From NCBI GenBank assembly GCA_964016885.1, contig OZ024746.1, forward strand, positions 92,504,001 to 92,568,000: a stretch of 64,000 nucleotides of DNA. Reading direction: 5' to 3'. This DNA is from Eledone cirrhosa (Eukaryota). Position numbers and translations under genes: made by a program. Positions 39,488-53,047 of this stretch are shown here, one piece after another. Positions within the stretch are counted from its first letter, which is position 1, and each line of letters begins with the position of its first letter. The notes under the pieces are model-generated. The model did not search any database and was not told where the DNA came from. It was given only the letters and a program-made list of their open reading frames with translations.

Positions 39488-39865
39488 TATATAAATACAT
39501 GTGTGTATAATTTTTGTACTCTATATCTTCATTTATACATCCACACTTCTTGCTCATGCTTATGTATGAGACAAAATCCTATGTGGATTGGCAGAATCGG
39601 TAGAGCGTCGGACAACATGCTTTGCAGCATAGAGTTACGGCCTTTTACATTCTGAATTCAAATCCCGCCGAGATTAGCTTTACCACTCATCCTTACGGGG
39701 TCAATAAATTAAAGTACCTTTAATGCACCCCTCCCCCCAAAATTGCTGGCATTGCACCTATAGTATTATTATTATCTTCAGTATTTTTGTTTAAGCATTT
39801 TACTATTATTAACATCATTTTCCATATATGGTAGCTGGAAATCATTCAGCTATTCTAAAATGAAT

Positions 39866-39894
39866 ATGTATATATATATATACATACATATACA

Positions 39895-39942
<48 letters not shown>

Positions 39943-39950
39943 CATATACA

Positions 39951-39994
<44 letters not shown>

Positions 39995-40036
39995 CACATC
40001 TCCCTCTCTCTCTCTATATATATACATATATATACA

Positions 40037-40088
<52 letters not shown>

Positions 40089-40094
40089 TATACA

Positions 40095-40191
<97 letters not shown>

Positions 40192-40199
40192 CATATACA

Positions 40200-40247
<48 letters not shown>

Positions 40248-40300
40248 TATCAATAAGGTATCAATATTATAAAGAAGAGACAGTTTTAAATGTATGTATG

Positions 40301-40362
<62 letters not shown>

Positions 40363-40423
40363 CATACATACATTTAAAACTGTCTCTTCTTTATAATATT
40401 GATACCTTATTGATAACATTTTA
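39866..40423. repeat. Compound (TA)n/(CT)n/(GA)n tract ending in a 184-bp palindrome
   Basis: Seen directly. The arms of 40240-40423 are exact reverse complements around a (TA)n centre. Confidence 0.9.
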
Positions 40424-40491
40424 AGGAATACAAGTTGTGGAGTGCTTTACATCTGTTTATGACTAAAGTCGTAACCAACTTTCCTAAATTG

Positions 40492-40542
<51 letters not shown>

Positions 40543-41586
40543 AGCTCAGCCGTCGGAGTCCTGACTCTTTTCCTATTACCCACTCTACTACCCTAAGTAT
40601 TGAGTACTCTGGTGCGTTATGGTCCACCTGGTATCTTACCACACCTTCTTCGTTATATATATATATATAATATATATATATATAAGAGAGAGAGAGATAT
40701 ATATATAAAACATATATATATAATATATAGTATATAGAAAACTAGAAGCAAGAAGATAGTGGGGAAGCAATATTAATGAAATAATTTTGCTAGTCTAGGG
40801 TTAACCTTGAAGTATGACAGTGGCTGAGATATTTTCATAGTTCCAGTTCTTCAATCAATACTAAATACACAGACAAACCAAAATGTCAACTCTGCATGTT
40901 CACATATATTTCTGTTTTGTTCCTCTCTCTCTCTCTCTCCCTTCCTCTCTTTTTCTCTCCCCCTCCCATCTCTCTCTTTCTCTCCCATCTCTCTCTTTCT
41001 CCCCCTCCCTTCTCCCCACCCACCCCTCCTCTCTCTCCTCTCCCTTCCTCCCTCTACTGTTCAATATCTAGAGTATATCAGTCAAGCTTCTGTCCTCACC
41101 TATCTCCTCCATAAATCACTGACTTTCAGTTTTTACAATAGTTCAATTAATAATAATATCATGCAAGAACTCAACTGAGAAATGGTGGATAACAACAAGA
41201 TGAGACTTCAGAGTTTTAGTGTGTGGGGGGGTGGGGGTGGGTCTTATAGTGATTTTAGTGGAGGGGTTCTACTGTTTGTAGTGGGGTTTCTGCTTTTAAA
41301 TGTTTAATATCTCTCTAAGTGTGTCTCCATTTCTTTGCCAAAATTAAAGTTAGAATGTGTGAACCACTTTGAAGCACTTTGAGGTTATTTTTTGATGATT
41401 GTCTTGTCTACAGAAATGATGATGATTGTCTTGTCTACAGAAACATAAATTCTTTAAAAGTTTTCTTTCTTTCAACTCATGGAATCTTTTATATTTTTGT
41501 TGTTGGCTGTTTTTTGTACTTTTCATAAAAAAAAGTCTTTTAAAATTATGATTTTTTTAAAAACTATTTTATGTATACACATACAT

Positions 41587-41640
<54 letters not shown>

Positions 41641-41644
<4 letters not shown>

Positions 41645-42345
41645 AATGTAATTTGAGTTTTTTGAATATCAATAACCATATTCGATTCGTTTGCAATTAT
41701 GCAAACAGCCTCTTTTTTATAGCCATGTCAGTAGAATGAGCTCCTCATTCTTGCTCTTGTGTTGGCAAATGAATCGAATATTGTTATTAACATTTGAAAA
41801 ACTCAGATTACATTCATTGTATTCAGCCATGTAGAGTGATAATTTTTTTATTTTTTTTATTTGAATATGCCAAAGCCGGCCATTAATCGCTCATATACTG
41901 ACTGGCCTGTCTGCTGATATGCAAATCTGGCTGATTAGTGAATCTGCTAATATGCAGATCTGACTGATCAGCCAGTCTGCTAATATGCAAATCAGGCCGA
42001 TCAGTCACTGTATATTTGAGAAAATATCATATATTTTCACTAGCTCTGACAGTTGGCAGGTGAACAGTGAACTGTACTGATGAAGGGTAATAACCCAGAA
42101 ACTTTAGTGACTGCAGTTCTGTTTACATGCCAACATAAGAGCAAGAATGAGGGGTTCATTCTACTGACATGTCTGTAAAAAATAGGCTGTTTGCATAATT
42201 GCAAATAAATCGAATATTGTTATTAATATTCTAAAAACTCAGATTACATTCATTGTATTCAGCCATGTAGCGTGATAATTTCTTTCTTTTATATATTTAT
42301 TCCTTTACTATTCAGCCATGTAGCGTGATAATTTCTTTCTTTTAT
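41641..42345 (+). mobile_element. Penelope-like pseudo-LTR remnant (inverted + direct partial repeats) with a degenerate hammerhead core
   Basis: 41641-41766 is an inverted copy of about 42128-42254. About 41766-41843 repeats directly at about 42203-42281. CTGATGA-a-GGGT-aata-ACCC-a-GAAAC starts at 42077. Confidence 0.55.
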
Positions 42346-42616
42346 ATATATATTGATGATGATGATGATTCCTTTACTCTATGAAATTATTGACAAATGT
42401 TTCTGTTCATAATTTCATAGACACATTGTGGTGTTTACTGTCAATGGTAGTGGTGACATCACCATCATCATCACAATCACCAGCACCATCACTACCACCA
42501 CTATCAACACCACCACCATCACTATCACCGCTATCACCACCACCACCAACGCCACCACCACCGTCAACACTATCGCCACTATCACCACCACCACCGCCAC
42601 TATCACCACTGTCACG

Positions 42617-43203
42617 AGTACGGCCACTACTTTATATCCATGTAGGAGAACCCCTACCGATGCACTGAATGAGTGTGACTTTTTAGTCCAGCCAGTGACT
42701 TGAAAACTCTGGTACAAACACTACACTTGTGACAATTATTGTCACATAGTGCTGGGCCCATGGTACCATGTGATGACAAGTGCAGAGAGATCTCCAGATA
42801 TAAAGCAATGCCTGTGCCGTGAAGCTTTTATAGTGAGCAAAGACACTGCACAAAGCCAGTCCCACTCTCTTAACCAAGATGATATTTATCAAAAAGAAGA
42901 ACAAGTCAACATCATTGGATACCATCAGGGTTGCAGGTGTTATATCAGAGTTTTCCTTCTCCTAGAATTCTGCCTTGACAAAGGCTAAGGGGTCATCTCT
43001 CCCAGTGATTTTGGATGGCCATTGACTCTTAAGAGCTCCTTTGCCCTTTGACAGGTTTTGTTTTTAGTCCTGCAGGATGTCCAAAGTCACCCTCCTCACC
43101 AAGAAACCTTGGTGGGGGTTGCCAGTTTAGTCGCCAACGACCCGACCATGAGACAGGTTGTACTGGGATACATGTTACCAGTAGCACCAACTGGTGACCT
43201 GAC
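42617..43203. repeat. About 590-bp dispersed repeat, copy 2
   Basis: Colinear with 31862-32447, with scattered substitutions and the same right-hand end next to a CA/TA microsatellite. Confidence 0.85.
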
Positions 43204-43767
43204 ACAGAGTGTATAGACATATATACACAGTGTATAGACATATATACACAGACTGTATAGACATATATATACAGAGTGTATAGACATATATACAGAGTGT
43301 ATAGACATATATACACAGTCTATAGACATATATATATATACAGAGTGTATAGACATATATATATATATATATATATATACAGAGTGTATAGACATATATA
43401 CACAGAGTGTATAGACATATATATACACAGAGTGTATAGACATATATATACACACAGTGTATAGACATATATTATGCACATAGTGTATAGACACATATAT
43501 ACACATATATCTAGATGTGACACTGGTGCAGCCTGTCGTTGGGGTGCCACTCTAGATGTGACACTGGGTCAGCCTGTCGTTGGGGTGTCACTCTAGATGT
43601 GACACTGGTGCAGCCTGTCGTTGGGGTGCCACTCTAGATGTGACACTGGGTCAGCCTGTCGTTGGGGTGTCACTCTAGATGTGACACTGGTGCAGAGCCA
43701 ATCATTACAGGCCACTCTAGATGTGATACGCTAGATACAGCCAGTCGTTGGGGTACCGCTCTAGATA
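43204..43767. repeat. Two adjacent minisatellites: ~24-bp TATAGACATATATACACAGAGTG and 41-bp TCTAGATGTGACACTGGTGCAGCCTGTCGTTGGGGTGCCAC
   Basis: Seen directly. The second array starts at about 43510 and alternates two variants. Confidence 0.88.
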
Positions 43768-43799
43768 CTTCCGCAGTCAGTTGCTACTGGTCTCTATTC

Positions 43800-44745
43800 T
43801 CTGTTATATGTAGAAGGGTCTCAGTGATGTGACTAGTCCAGTCTTTCATGTTGTCAGATCAAGATTTTCTTTGTCTCTCCTTCGCCCTCCTTCAACTGTG
43901 ACCTCAAGAATGGTTTTAAACAAGGCTTTATGTAAGTCAAGTGTCAACAAGGAGTTGTGGAGAGATATATGGCTATACCAGGCAAACTTCTATCGTTTCA
44001 CCATCTCAAGGAGTGGTTCCTGGTTGTCAGGATATTTGTTAATTTGCTGCCTGACAAAGCTGTTTGTTTTGTGCTCTGTGTATGAGATGTGTAGCAACCT
44101 TCTGAAGGACTTGTGCTCTGTGTATGAGATGTGTAGCAACCTTCTGAAGGACTTGTGCTCTGTGTATGAGATGTGTAGCAACCTTCTGAAGGACTTGTGC
44201 TCTGTGTATGAGATATGTAGCAACCTTCTGAAGGACTTGTGCTCTGTGTATGAGATATGTAGCAACCTTCTGAAGGACTTGTGCTCAAATGACTGGATTC
44301 TTCGTTCCATGTCAGCTGTGAGAGTCCAACTCTCAAACCCATACAAAAGGACTGAAGTCATCAAGGACTTGTATAGTTTGAACTTCATTGGAAAACTAAT
44401 GAAGTTGCTTTTCTGTATGACATTCAGCTTTACCATGACAGAAATGGCCAGGGTGAGTATTGTCAGTATCTCCTTTTGAGATCTGCCATCTTTGGTCAGA
44501 GTGGATCCTAGGTACCTGAAGATATCCACTTCTTCAAGTCTTCCTCCATTCAGCATGATGTTCGTTGCTGTACTCTGATTACTACTATCAACCAGAATCT
44601 TGCTCCATTCCATTTGCTCCTGATACTGTTTCCAGTCTGGTCCTGATACTGTTTCCAGTCTGGTACTGATTCCTAACAGATTAATGTCATCAGCAAATTG
44701 CAGGTTGGAAATGAACCTTCCTCCAATGGAAATTGGGCTGGGGAA
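43800..44745 (-). mobile_element. RTE-clade LINE fragment (RT to C-terminus), a different family from 1-1207
   Basis: GGRFISNLQFADDINLL near 44680-44725, then FRYLGSTLTKDG and LLYGFESWTL. Carries an internal 42-bp x5 in-frame tandem expansion. Confidence 0.85.
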
Positions 44746-45328
44746 GTCTTGTTTGTTGGTTGGTTGGTTCCTTCACGCTCACTCACACAAGCGTTACAAA
44801 CACACAGTCAATGTGTGTAGCCAATTCGCTACACATAGACACTCACAAGTGTGATGAATCTTAGAATGCTGGACTTCTATAGTTTCTCAACCCCCTCCTT
44901 TCTCAGTTACCACATAGATGTGTATGTATGTAATAATTATTTTTTCTAAGTGTGTCTGTGTGTGTGTGTAGATTTGTGTGTGTTTGTAATTCTATTGTCT
45001 ATGTATCTTTCTAAATAAACACTCAAACACATATACACACTCACAAATATTATATATAAATATAATTTACACAAACACACATATACACACTTTCAAACAC
45101 TCACATAATGATAACAGTCACTATACATATATATATACACAGGTATAGCGAATGTTAGATGTTACTTTCTGTAGTTTGTCATCACCCCTTCTTTCCTCAA
45201 TCATCTCTAGTGCATGACGGACAAATACACATTGGCTATTATTATAGTTGATTATATTAACCATCACTATGACCAGTCTTATTATTATAATAACCATCAC
45301 TAAGACCAGTCTTATATTTCTATTACAG

Positions 45329-45370
45329 GCCCATCAAAGTAGAATGTTATGACTGGGATGCAGATGGAGG
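45329..45370 (+). CDS. CPNE: Copine exon, C2B: (R)PIKVECYDWDADG(G)
   Basis: tattacag acceptor and GTAAGT donor. Contains the Ca2+-binding loop YDWDxDG. 42 nt, phase 2 to phase 2. Confidence 0.93.
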
Positions 45371-48034
45371 GTAAGTAAATTTGTCTTACACTTGCTTAAA
45401 AACTAGTTTCAACTCTGTCATCCTCTTTTAATACCAACTAAAACACTTTCTATGTCTACTTCATTTAAGATGTTTGCTCTGCAACCACATGAGTCTGTGT
45501 TTCATCCTCCTGTTTTGCATCTTTGTAAAGTGGCTGCTATCATAGCCTTGGGGCTAACCAAAGTTTGGTGTGTGAAATTAGGTTAACAAAAACTGTTGAG
45601 ACTGTTATAGTTAAAACAGAAAGCAAAAACAATAGCAAAGAGTGCAGTACAAAGTGTTAGTATGAGGTTCCCGCTTAGTGTGTGTGTGTGTGGGGGGGGG
45701 GGCTTTATCCTATATGTATATATGTATATATGTTTGTGTATATATATATAAATAGTTGTTTTTGGAGGCCTCTACAATGCAGATGGATAAAACTCCGGGT
45801 AACAAAATCAGGTGGCTGTAGGAAGAAAAGAGAGAAAAAAGGAAGGGATAAAATAGGAAAAAGAAATATAAAATGAAATGAAAACCAGAGATGAAGTTAC
45901 CTTGGAATATATTTATTGGTCCCTATATTTTGGATTTCTCATCCATTGTCGGGGGTTCTGAAGGAATTTCGGAGGTTGCCGGAGAGAAATCTACATGACT
46001 GTGTGCACTCACATAGATGTATGTATACATTCTTGGTATATTTTGTGTTAGTTAAACAACCAATACTAGTGTATGAAGGATAAAGCACCCTGAAGTATAT
46101 ATGTAAGTCTGTGTACTCTGGAGTAATTCTATAACAATGAAGTAGAATCCAGTAGGATAGAATTTACCTTATTGATTACACAATCACTGTTATGCATATT
46201 TCAGTGGTAACTGTTATGTAACAGTTATGACCTCATCAGACAGCTATTAGATAAACAGAATATTACATGAATAAAATAACATAAACAAAAATAAAATTAC
46301 TCATGTAGTTTCTATTCAGTGATATGCCAAGGACAGGTTATTGGTGTTGTTTCCTCAAAGTCCTGCTGACGAATTAGTTGAAACAACTTGACAACATGAT
46401 CACAAAGGACATAAATAACACCTAGCCATTGGTTGAAGATAGTTCCAACTTTATATCTTCCTTACCTTCTTGAGATTTGAATATTTCTGTTAATGTTCTG
46501 GTCAACTTTACCATTCCTCTTTACAAGGTCAATTAAATACTAAGTACCAGATAAATAGTTGACTAAACCCCTTGAAATAGTCAACTAAACCCCTTGAAAT
46601 AGTTAATTAAACCCCTTGAAAACCCTAAGAATGCCAGTGTGGGGAAATGGTTGTAAAAAAAGATAATTATGATGAAGAATTTATGTTTAGAAAATGTTGG
46701 GCAGAGTTTCACAATTGAATTGGAAGACTTGACCGTATCTTTGACTAAATCAAATAGTTTAATAATTGTTTCTACTTTAGGCACAAGGTCAGCAATTACC
46801 CAGTGCATTACTGGTACTTTATTTTATCGACCCCGTAAGGATGAAAGGCAAAGTCAACCTCGGTGGGATTTAAGGAGTAACGTTACTCGATTGAGTATGT
46901 AGCTCAAAGAATCACTCCAGGCAGAGCTGCAACTTCTCTGAATTAAGAGATCACAGCTCCAATACTATAGGCATGTGGTTAGAATATCTCATTGGGGATC
47001 CAGTTGGAGATGGTAGCTTCTGACAGGATCCACTGAAGGGAGTGTTTGAGGACTCTACCCCCATGACCCACTCAAGAATAAGTGGGCGAAGAAGAAGAAA
47101 GCAGTGTCTTTCATTAGAAATATGGTAATGAACAGGTTAAAGGCATAGACAGTGCCAGGTAATGATAGGGTTAACAATGAGAATAGGTCATGTAATGTAG
47201 TGAGGGAATAAATAATCTGATCTTTAACAGTTATGTTTAAATCTTATTAGAGTTCAGAGAAAGGAGGTGTAGGGAGATTGCCAACAGAATATACTGGTAA
47301 CCAACAGAACATAAAATAGATGAATCTTCTTATATTGATGCATATTCTCTATAAAGCTAGAATGGTGAAAATGGACGTTAAATGATGATGATGGTGGTGG
47401 TGGTGGTGGTGGTGACAGTGGTGGTGGTGGTGGTGGTGGTGGTGGGAAGTTTATATTGGTTAACAAGAATAACTAAAGAATATTTACTCCAGTTAGGATT
47501 CAAAACTCTACCAATATTCTAGTAGGCTTTGTTGTTGTTGCTATCCAATAAGAAAGTATGAACATAATGCCAAGCATTTGAAGAAAGAACTGATGTTTAG
47601 GAAGAATGCTCTGAGATTAATTACAGACCAATGTCAGTAATAACAGTTCTTGTCTATTGCTTGCTTTATGATATTCTTTTTTCTTTGAACAAAAAAATGC
47701 TGCCTATATAATTATGCAAAAGGTGATTACACTACTCAATTTCCTTCAAATTAATTGATTAATGAAGAAAATTTTATAACGAAAATGAAAGTTGAGATCT
47801 TCATAGGAGAACGCTTTTGTTTTTTATTCTGGTAAAAGAAAATATGCCTGTTTGTCAAGATAAAGATATAGCAACTGCAATTTGGTGCTGAGTGAGATTC
47901 TTTGAGCCTATACACCTTTTAAAAATATTGTTTTGTAGTCAATACAGCTTCCATCATTTGAAATATAAATGTTGTTTCACAGTAAGTTAGCTCTGATCCA
48001 TCAAACCTAGAATCAAGGCTTTTTTTCTCTAATA

Positions 48035-48260
48035 TAGTCCAGCCTTTACTAGGAAAACTGAGGTAGTCCAGCCCTTACTAGGAGAACTGAGGTAGTCCAG
48101 CCCTTACTAGGAAAACTGAGGTAGTCCAGCCCTTACTAGGAAAACTGAGGTAGTCCAGCCCTTACTAGGAGAACTGAGGTAGTCCAGCCTTTACTAGGAA
48201 AACTGAGGTAGTCCAGCCCTTACTAGGAGAACTGAGGTAGTCCAGTCCTTACTAGGAAAA
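48035..48260. repeat. 29-bp minisatellite, about 8 copies
   Basis: TAGTCCAGCCCTTACTAGGA(A/G)AACTGAGG. Confidence 0.92.
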
Positions 48261-50424
48261 TAAAGTTTAATTTGAGGGAGATTTGGCTGCTGTTTCTAGC
48301 AAATGAAGTAACCATGTAAATTCTTAATTGTTTGCTCTGAAATTGTTCCAGTTTTTTGTGAGTTATAATCAGGGATATTAATATTAATAATTGTTTCTAC
48401 TTTTTGGCACAAGGCCAGCAATTATCCCAGTCCATTACTGGTGCTTTATTTTATCGACCCCGTAAGGATGAAAGGCAAAGTTAACCTCGGCGGGAAATTA
48501 ATAATAGTGTTTGTTTAGCAGACATTTTCTTTGTTGACTGATTCTACCAGATTGTACTTGATATAAAACATATTTGAAACTAATGATGTATGATACTGTA
48601 ACAAAACTAATTCTATATATGAAGATATATTTGAATGTTTAAAACATGTTTAGCCTTGCTGTTGACTAATTTGAAGCTTGTTTGTAGTAGTCGGTGGTGT
48701 AAAAAGTCAGTTTAGTAAGAGATTGTGGATTGTCATTTTAGAATCTCTATGAGTTCATTCCACTCAGTCTGTTTGCTTTATTTTATGTTCAACATTTCAT
48801 TGGGGCAGATGTGAACTCTGATAAAGGCAACCCATCTAGGTGAGTGGACACTCTGAATAAAACTGATATAGGGTGTACACTCGAGTCCAGTAAGACAACT
48901 TCTGTAGCACTGGTGGTATGAATAATGTACCCAGTCCACACTGTAAAGTGGTTGGTGATATGAAGGATATCCAGCCCAAAAAACCCTGCCAAAATTATGG
49001 AAAGCACATGTTCTAATGAAATATTTAATAAATAATTTGGAAATTATTTACTAAAATAATAATTTCATTAAAGTAGTATTTGTAACATAACAGAATGCTC
49101 TTATATAAAATTATGTTAAAGGGTTTTAATATAAGTAGGAACCCTTTAAATTGAGTGGTTTTGTTTTATAGAAAGAGAGACAGTGGTTTGGTGTGAAGAG
49201 AGTTAAAGTTAGATAATTCAACTAGAAAGTACATCAACTTGTTGATACTATTTGTGGTAAAATAAACACAAACACTTCTAAAATTGCAGTTCACTGATTG
49301 TCAGATTCACCTTCTTATCAACTTAGAATTTTAATCCAAATTGTAATATAAATATAAATGTTTTCACGTGTAGTAAACTGAACTAGACTCCATGTTTTCA
49401 CATGTAGTAAACTGAACTAGACTCCATGTGCTCCATGTGGCCAAATTGGGGATATAAGAGGGGAGAGAAAATATTTTTGAAGACAGGAAAAAAAGAGAAA
49501 GATGTGGTAAAATACGGACAAGGGGACTAGAGAGAGCCTTAAAAAAAGTTAGGAGACCTGAAAAAGTAAAGTTAATTGAACAGGTAGTTGGGAGAAAGAC
49601 AGGTGATTTTGTATTACTTACAGCTTTTCCAACAGTTATAAATGAGCAAGACATGGTCACCTGACCTGCCTCAAATGGGACAACCTGTCTAAACCAGGCT
49701 AGCATGGAAATTAAATGTTAAACAATGATGATGTTAATGATTATGGTGTAGTATTATTGATTGCTGGTAAAATATTGAAAGCAACTCAATATTAAGCATA
49801 TTATTAAATATGTTGTTTTTTTTAAATTATATTTCAAAGGATTAATTTAAAGTCCAATTTAAATATAAAAAAAAACAAATTCCTATAACATTTAGAAATC
49901 CAAGATTATGAAGGACTTATCTTCTAAGATTTTCACTGTAATATATTAGACTTCATAAGAAGCCATTTGAAACAGGAGAAAGAAAGAACCCAATGATGGA
50001 TCATGCATTATGTACGTTATTTTTTGGGGCAACCACACAATGGGACTGTCTCAAATTAAAGCTTACAATGTCAAAGAAATAGATTATTATTCTGAATAAA
50101 AAAAACATTTATTCTAACTGCAAGTAACTTTTATTCTGTATATATTCTTCTGATTTGAAAAATTTACTTTTTTCTACTGCATTTAAATATCAATCATACC
50201 ATCAGTCTTTTATACATCTGTTTCCTGGAACAAAAAAAAAAAAGAATATATATATATATATGGTTAGAGAATTGGATTCGCAATTGTCAGGTTGTGAGTT
50301 TGATTCCCAGTCCGGGCGATGCATTATGTCCTTGGGCAAGACACTTTGTTTCACTTTGCTCCTTCTTCCTGGAGTTGCGGCCGATAAATAGTATTAGCAA
50401 TTAGAAAGACCGATGGAAACTTTG

Positions 50425-50624
50425 NNNNNNNNNNNNNNNNNNNNNNNNNNNNNNNNNNNNNNNNNNNNNNNNNNNNNNNNNNNNNNNNNNNNNNNNNNNN
50501 NNNNNNNNNNNNNNNNNNNNNNNNNNNNNNNNNNNNNNNNNNNNNNNNNNNNNNNNNNNNNNNNNNNNNNNNNNNNNNNNNNNNNNNNNNNNNNNNNNNN
50601 NNNNNNNNNNNNNNNNNNNNNNNN
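50425..50624. other. Assembly gap (200 N)
   Basis: The round number of Ns suggests a placeholder gap of unknown true size. Confidence 0.98.
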
Positions 50625-52912
50625 TGTTTGCCCTTGTGACTTGTTAATGGACATGGCAAAACATGGTCCTCATCGGGAATTGGGATCGCCAGAAATCGAA
50701 TGGGATATCTGACGGCCGAGGGGAAAAGGTTCACTTCCTTGGAATGTAAACATTCTCCCCTCTCCTGCACCCCGTTACAATGGTGGCCTCAATCAAGTGG
50801 GGCATCATTGACTTGACGACCATGCGAGTACCGTTGCACTGCTTTGGTGGGCGCAAGTTCCTTATTAACATAATGAGACAGACAACCCTAAGCTTAAGAA
50901 TGTGAGGTGGGAGCCCTGAGGCTCAAGGGAATTTAATAACTCAACCGGATAATTAACGATATCGTCGGGGGTCTGACGTCCGGTCGATAGATTTGAAGAT
51001 GTGCTCTTTACCGGGAATTTTCTCAATCAGCTGCTCATTAATAAATTAACCATGGCATTTTTTCGAGAGCAAGAATGGCTCTTTCGCTGAGCCAATCAAG
51101 TTTTAAAAGTTAGGTGAGACATTAGGACAAACTGCTTCCAAAGGTCAGAAGGGCTTGCTCACAAATGTTGCACAGGGAGTCGATTGCTATGCCCACCCTT
51201 GTCATCCGCAGGGACCTTGCCCTCACCATTGCTAAAATGTTCTGAGCAAAAGCTGCAGACATGTTGTCATCATGCAAATGAGCACGCATATTTGTGCTCA
51301 GGTACAAAGGTCTTCACCTGGGGCCACACGTGGACGACTTAAGGCAGGCACACACTTCATCAGCTCTTGTCCCTTTGGGGATGACAGGTAGCGTTTGCAA
51401 AAATCCCTGATAGCAGAAGGGTTACGCCACCCATAGGAGCCGTAGAATCCCTAATGTTTTCAGGTTCCTGTCCAATGCCTCAAGGGCACCCTTGTGTGCA
51501 TTGTGCACTAATCCCAAACAATGAGACAACATTTTTTGAGAACCCAGAGCTTCGTGTGAGCTCTTGCTGATATTGTATGTTGGTGTCTCAGTTTTTACTA
51601 AATCAAAGGGGGAAGTTTAAAGGTTAAATGTGCTGTCCTGCCTCCCAGCAGCAAAGTAGCAGCGATCCAGGACATTGCAACGGCCAACGCAATTTTTTTC
51701 TCCTGACGAATCCTAGCCCTGTTGTAGATAATGCACTGTAAGCAACTTCCACTGAAGGATACTGCAGATGGGGCCAGGCGCAGGAAATCTTCAGACATGA
51801 AGTCTCTGTACTTGACCCATAAAGATTTGGGATCACCCAATCACACTTTTGAAGCAAAATGGCAAAGAGTTCCCATAGACCTTTAGGTGATTTCAACAAA
51901 GCACCCCTCTGCTAAAGTGGAATCCCATTGCGAATCATCTTCCAAAAGACCTCGCTTAAAGCAGGCTTCCTGGTACGTATCACATATTTCTCCATCAACA
52001 GTTTTGAGGTCCTGAAAATTTTGTGGGCCTACAACCTTCATGCAGAAGGCAGAGATGAAAGCACTCATGCTGAATTGGTGGCACAGTGTAAACCCTTCCA
52101 AGACAGCTGTCAAATTTTACACCAGGATGTCTTTTAACAGCCTGACCTGACCTTCTTCGCACCCAAGGTGTTTTTTTGACTAATAAAGTAGGATGGAACC
52201 TGGGGGGTACACAATTGTTTGCGCAAATGTATCGAACTGGCAAAGTTTGAAGAAACCCGTCAGAGTGGTCTCTTTCGGATCGGCAGCCAACTTAGTGGTG
52301 GTTTGGTTCCAAATGTACTGCAAGTTGTACGATGGCGGGGTGCCGTTGGTGTAGGGGTAAACCAAATAGGTGCCAAAAAGCTTCATTGTTACTGATGTAC
52401 CGCCCCGCCAGGTATTCTGTGACCTCGTCAGAGCCCTTATTTACATATTTGCATATGTATTTTATAACTTGACGGAGTTGCAAAACTTAATGTTGATGTG
52501 GCCGTTGAACATCTTCAAGAGAAGCGGGCAGTAAGGGACCACCCATCTATTGTGGACTTGACCTCCCTTTACTGTTGTGGTGAAGCCACCGTTCTCTGGC
52601 CATCTCCGCCTGTACAGGGGTACCCATCACCACCAGTCTGAGTCTCATCAACAAATTTTTTGGGGTATCCCTTACTGCACGACCCCCCTTTCAGACACGT
52701 GTGATGCTCATTAGGACCCGACGCACACGGACCATGTTAGCTTTGACGATGTCATGTAATTCCTGGTCAGTTGCTGGGTTAGGGATTTCAGCCGAAATGA
52801 AGCTGTCTATGGCATTTGAATTGATTTTATCAGCTAACCAAATCAAAATGTGAGCATGTGGCAGCCCTCGTTTTGCCATTCGACGGTGAACATGTCACAT
52901 TTTACAGCCCCA
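50625..52912 (-). mobile_element. Degenerate Helitron Rep/helicase (RepHel) fragment
   Basis: In order on the minus strand: HUH Rep motif (TVEWQ)KRGLPHAHILIWL, SAEIP, KYICKYVNKGSD, then Pif1-family motifs IAATLLLGGRTAHLTFKLP, LSTNMRAHL and SINKSQGQT. Many frameshifts. Cut by the gap at its 3' side. Confidence 0.92.
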
Positions 52913-53047
52913 AATAGTAAATGGCCGCCATGTTGGATTCAATGTTCTCTTTATTACTTCTGTTCTATGTACCACAGTGAAACTAAAAGTAATCAAATAA
53001 TCAAAATCAATAGATCAATCTTTAACCCTTTAGCATTTACATTACTC
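52913..53047 (-). repeat. Inverted duplicate of 32912-33046 (MITE end + intron acceptor + 70 nt of copine exon)
   Basis: Base-by-base reverse-complement comparison gives 135/135 identity. Confidence 0.95.

Noticed and set aside
47786-47836. Candidate for the missing copine exon (reads IFIGER)
   Set aside because: Lacks the preceding HD, has no good acceptor, and hits an in-frame stop within a few codons.
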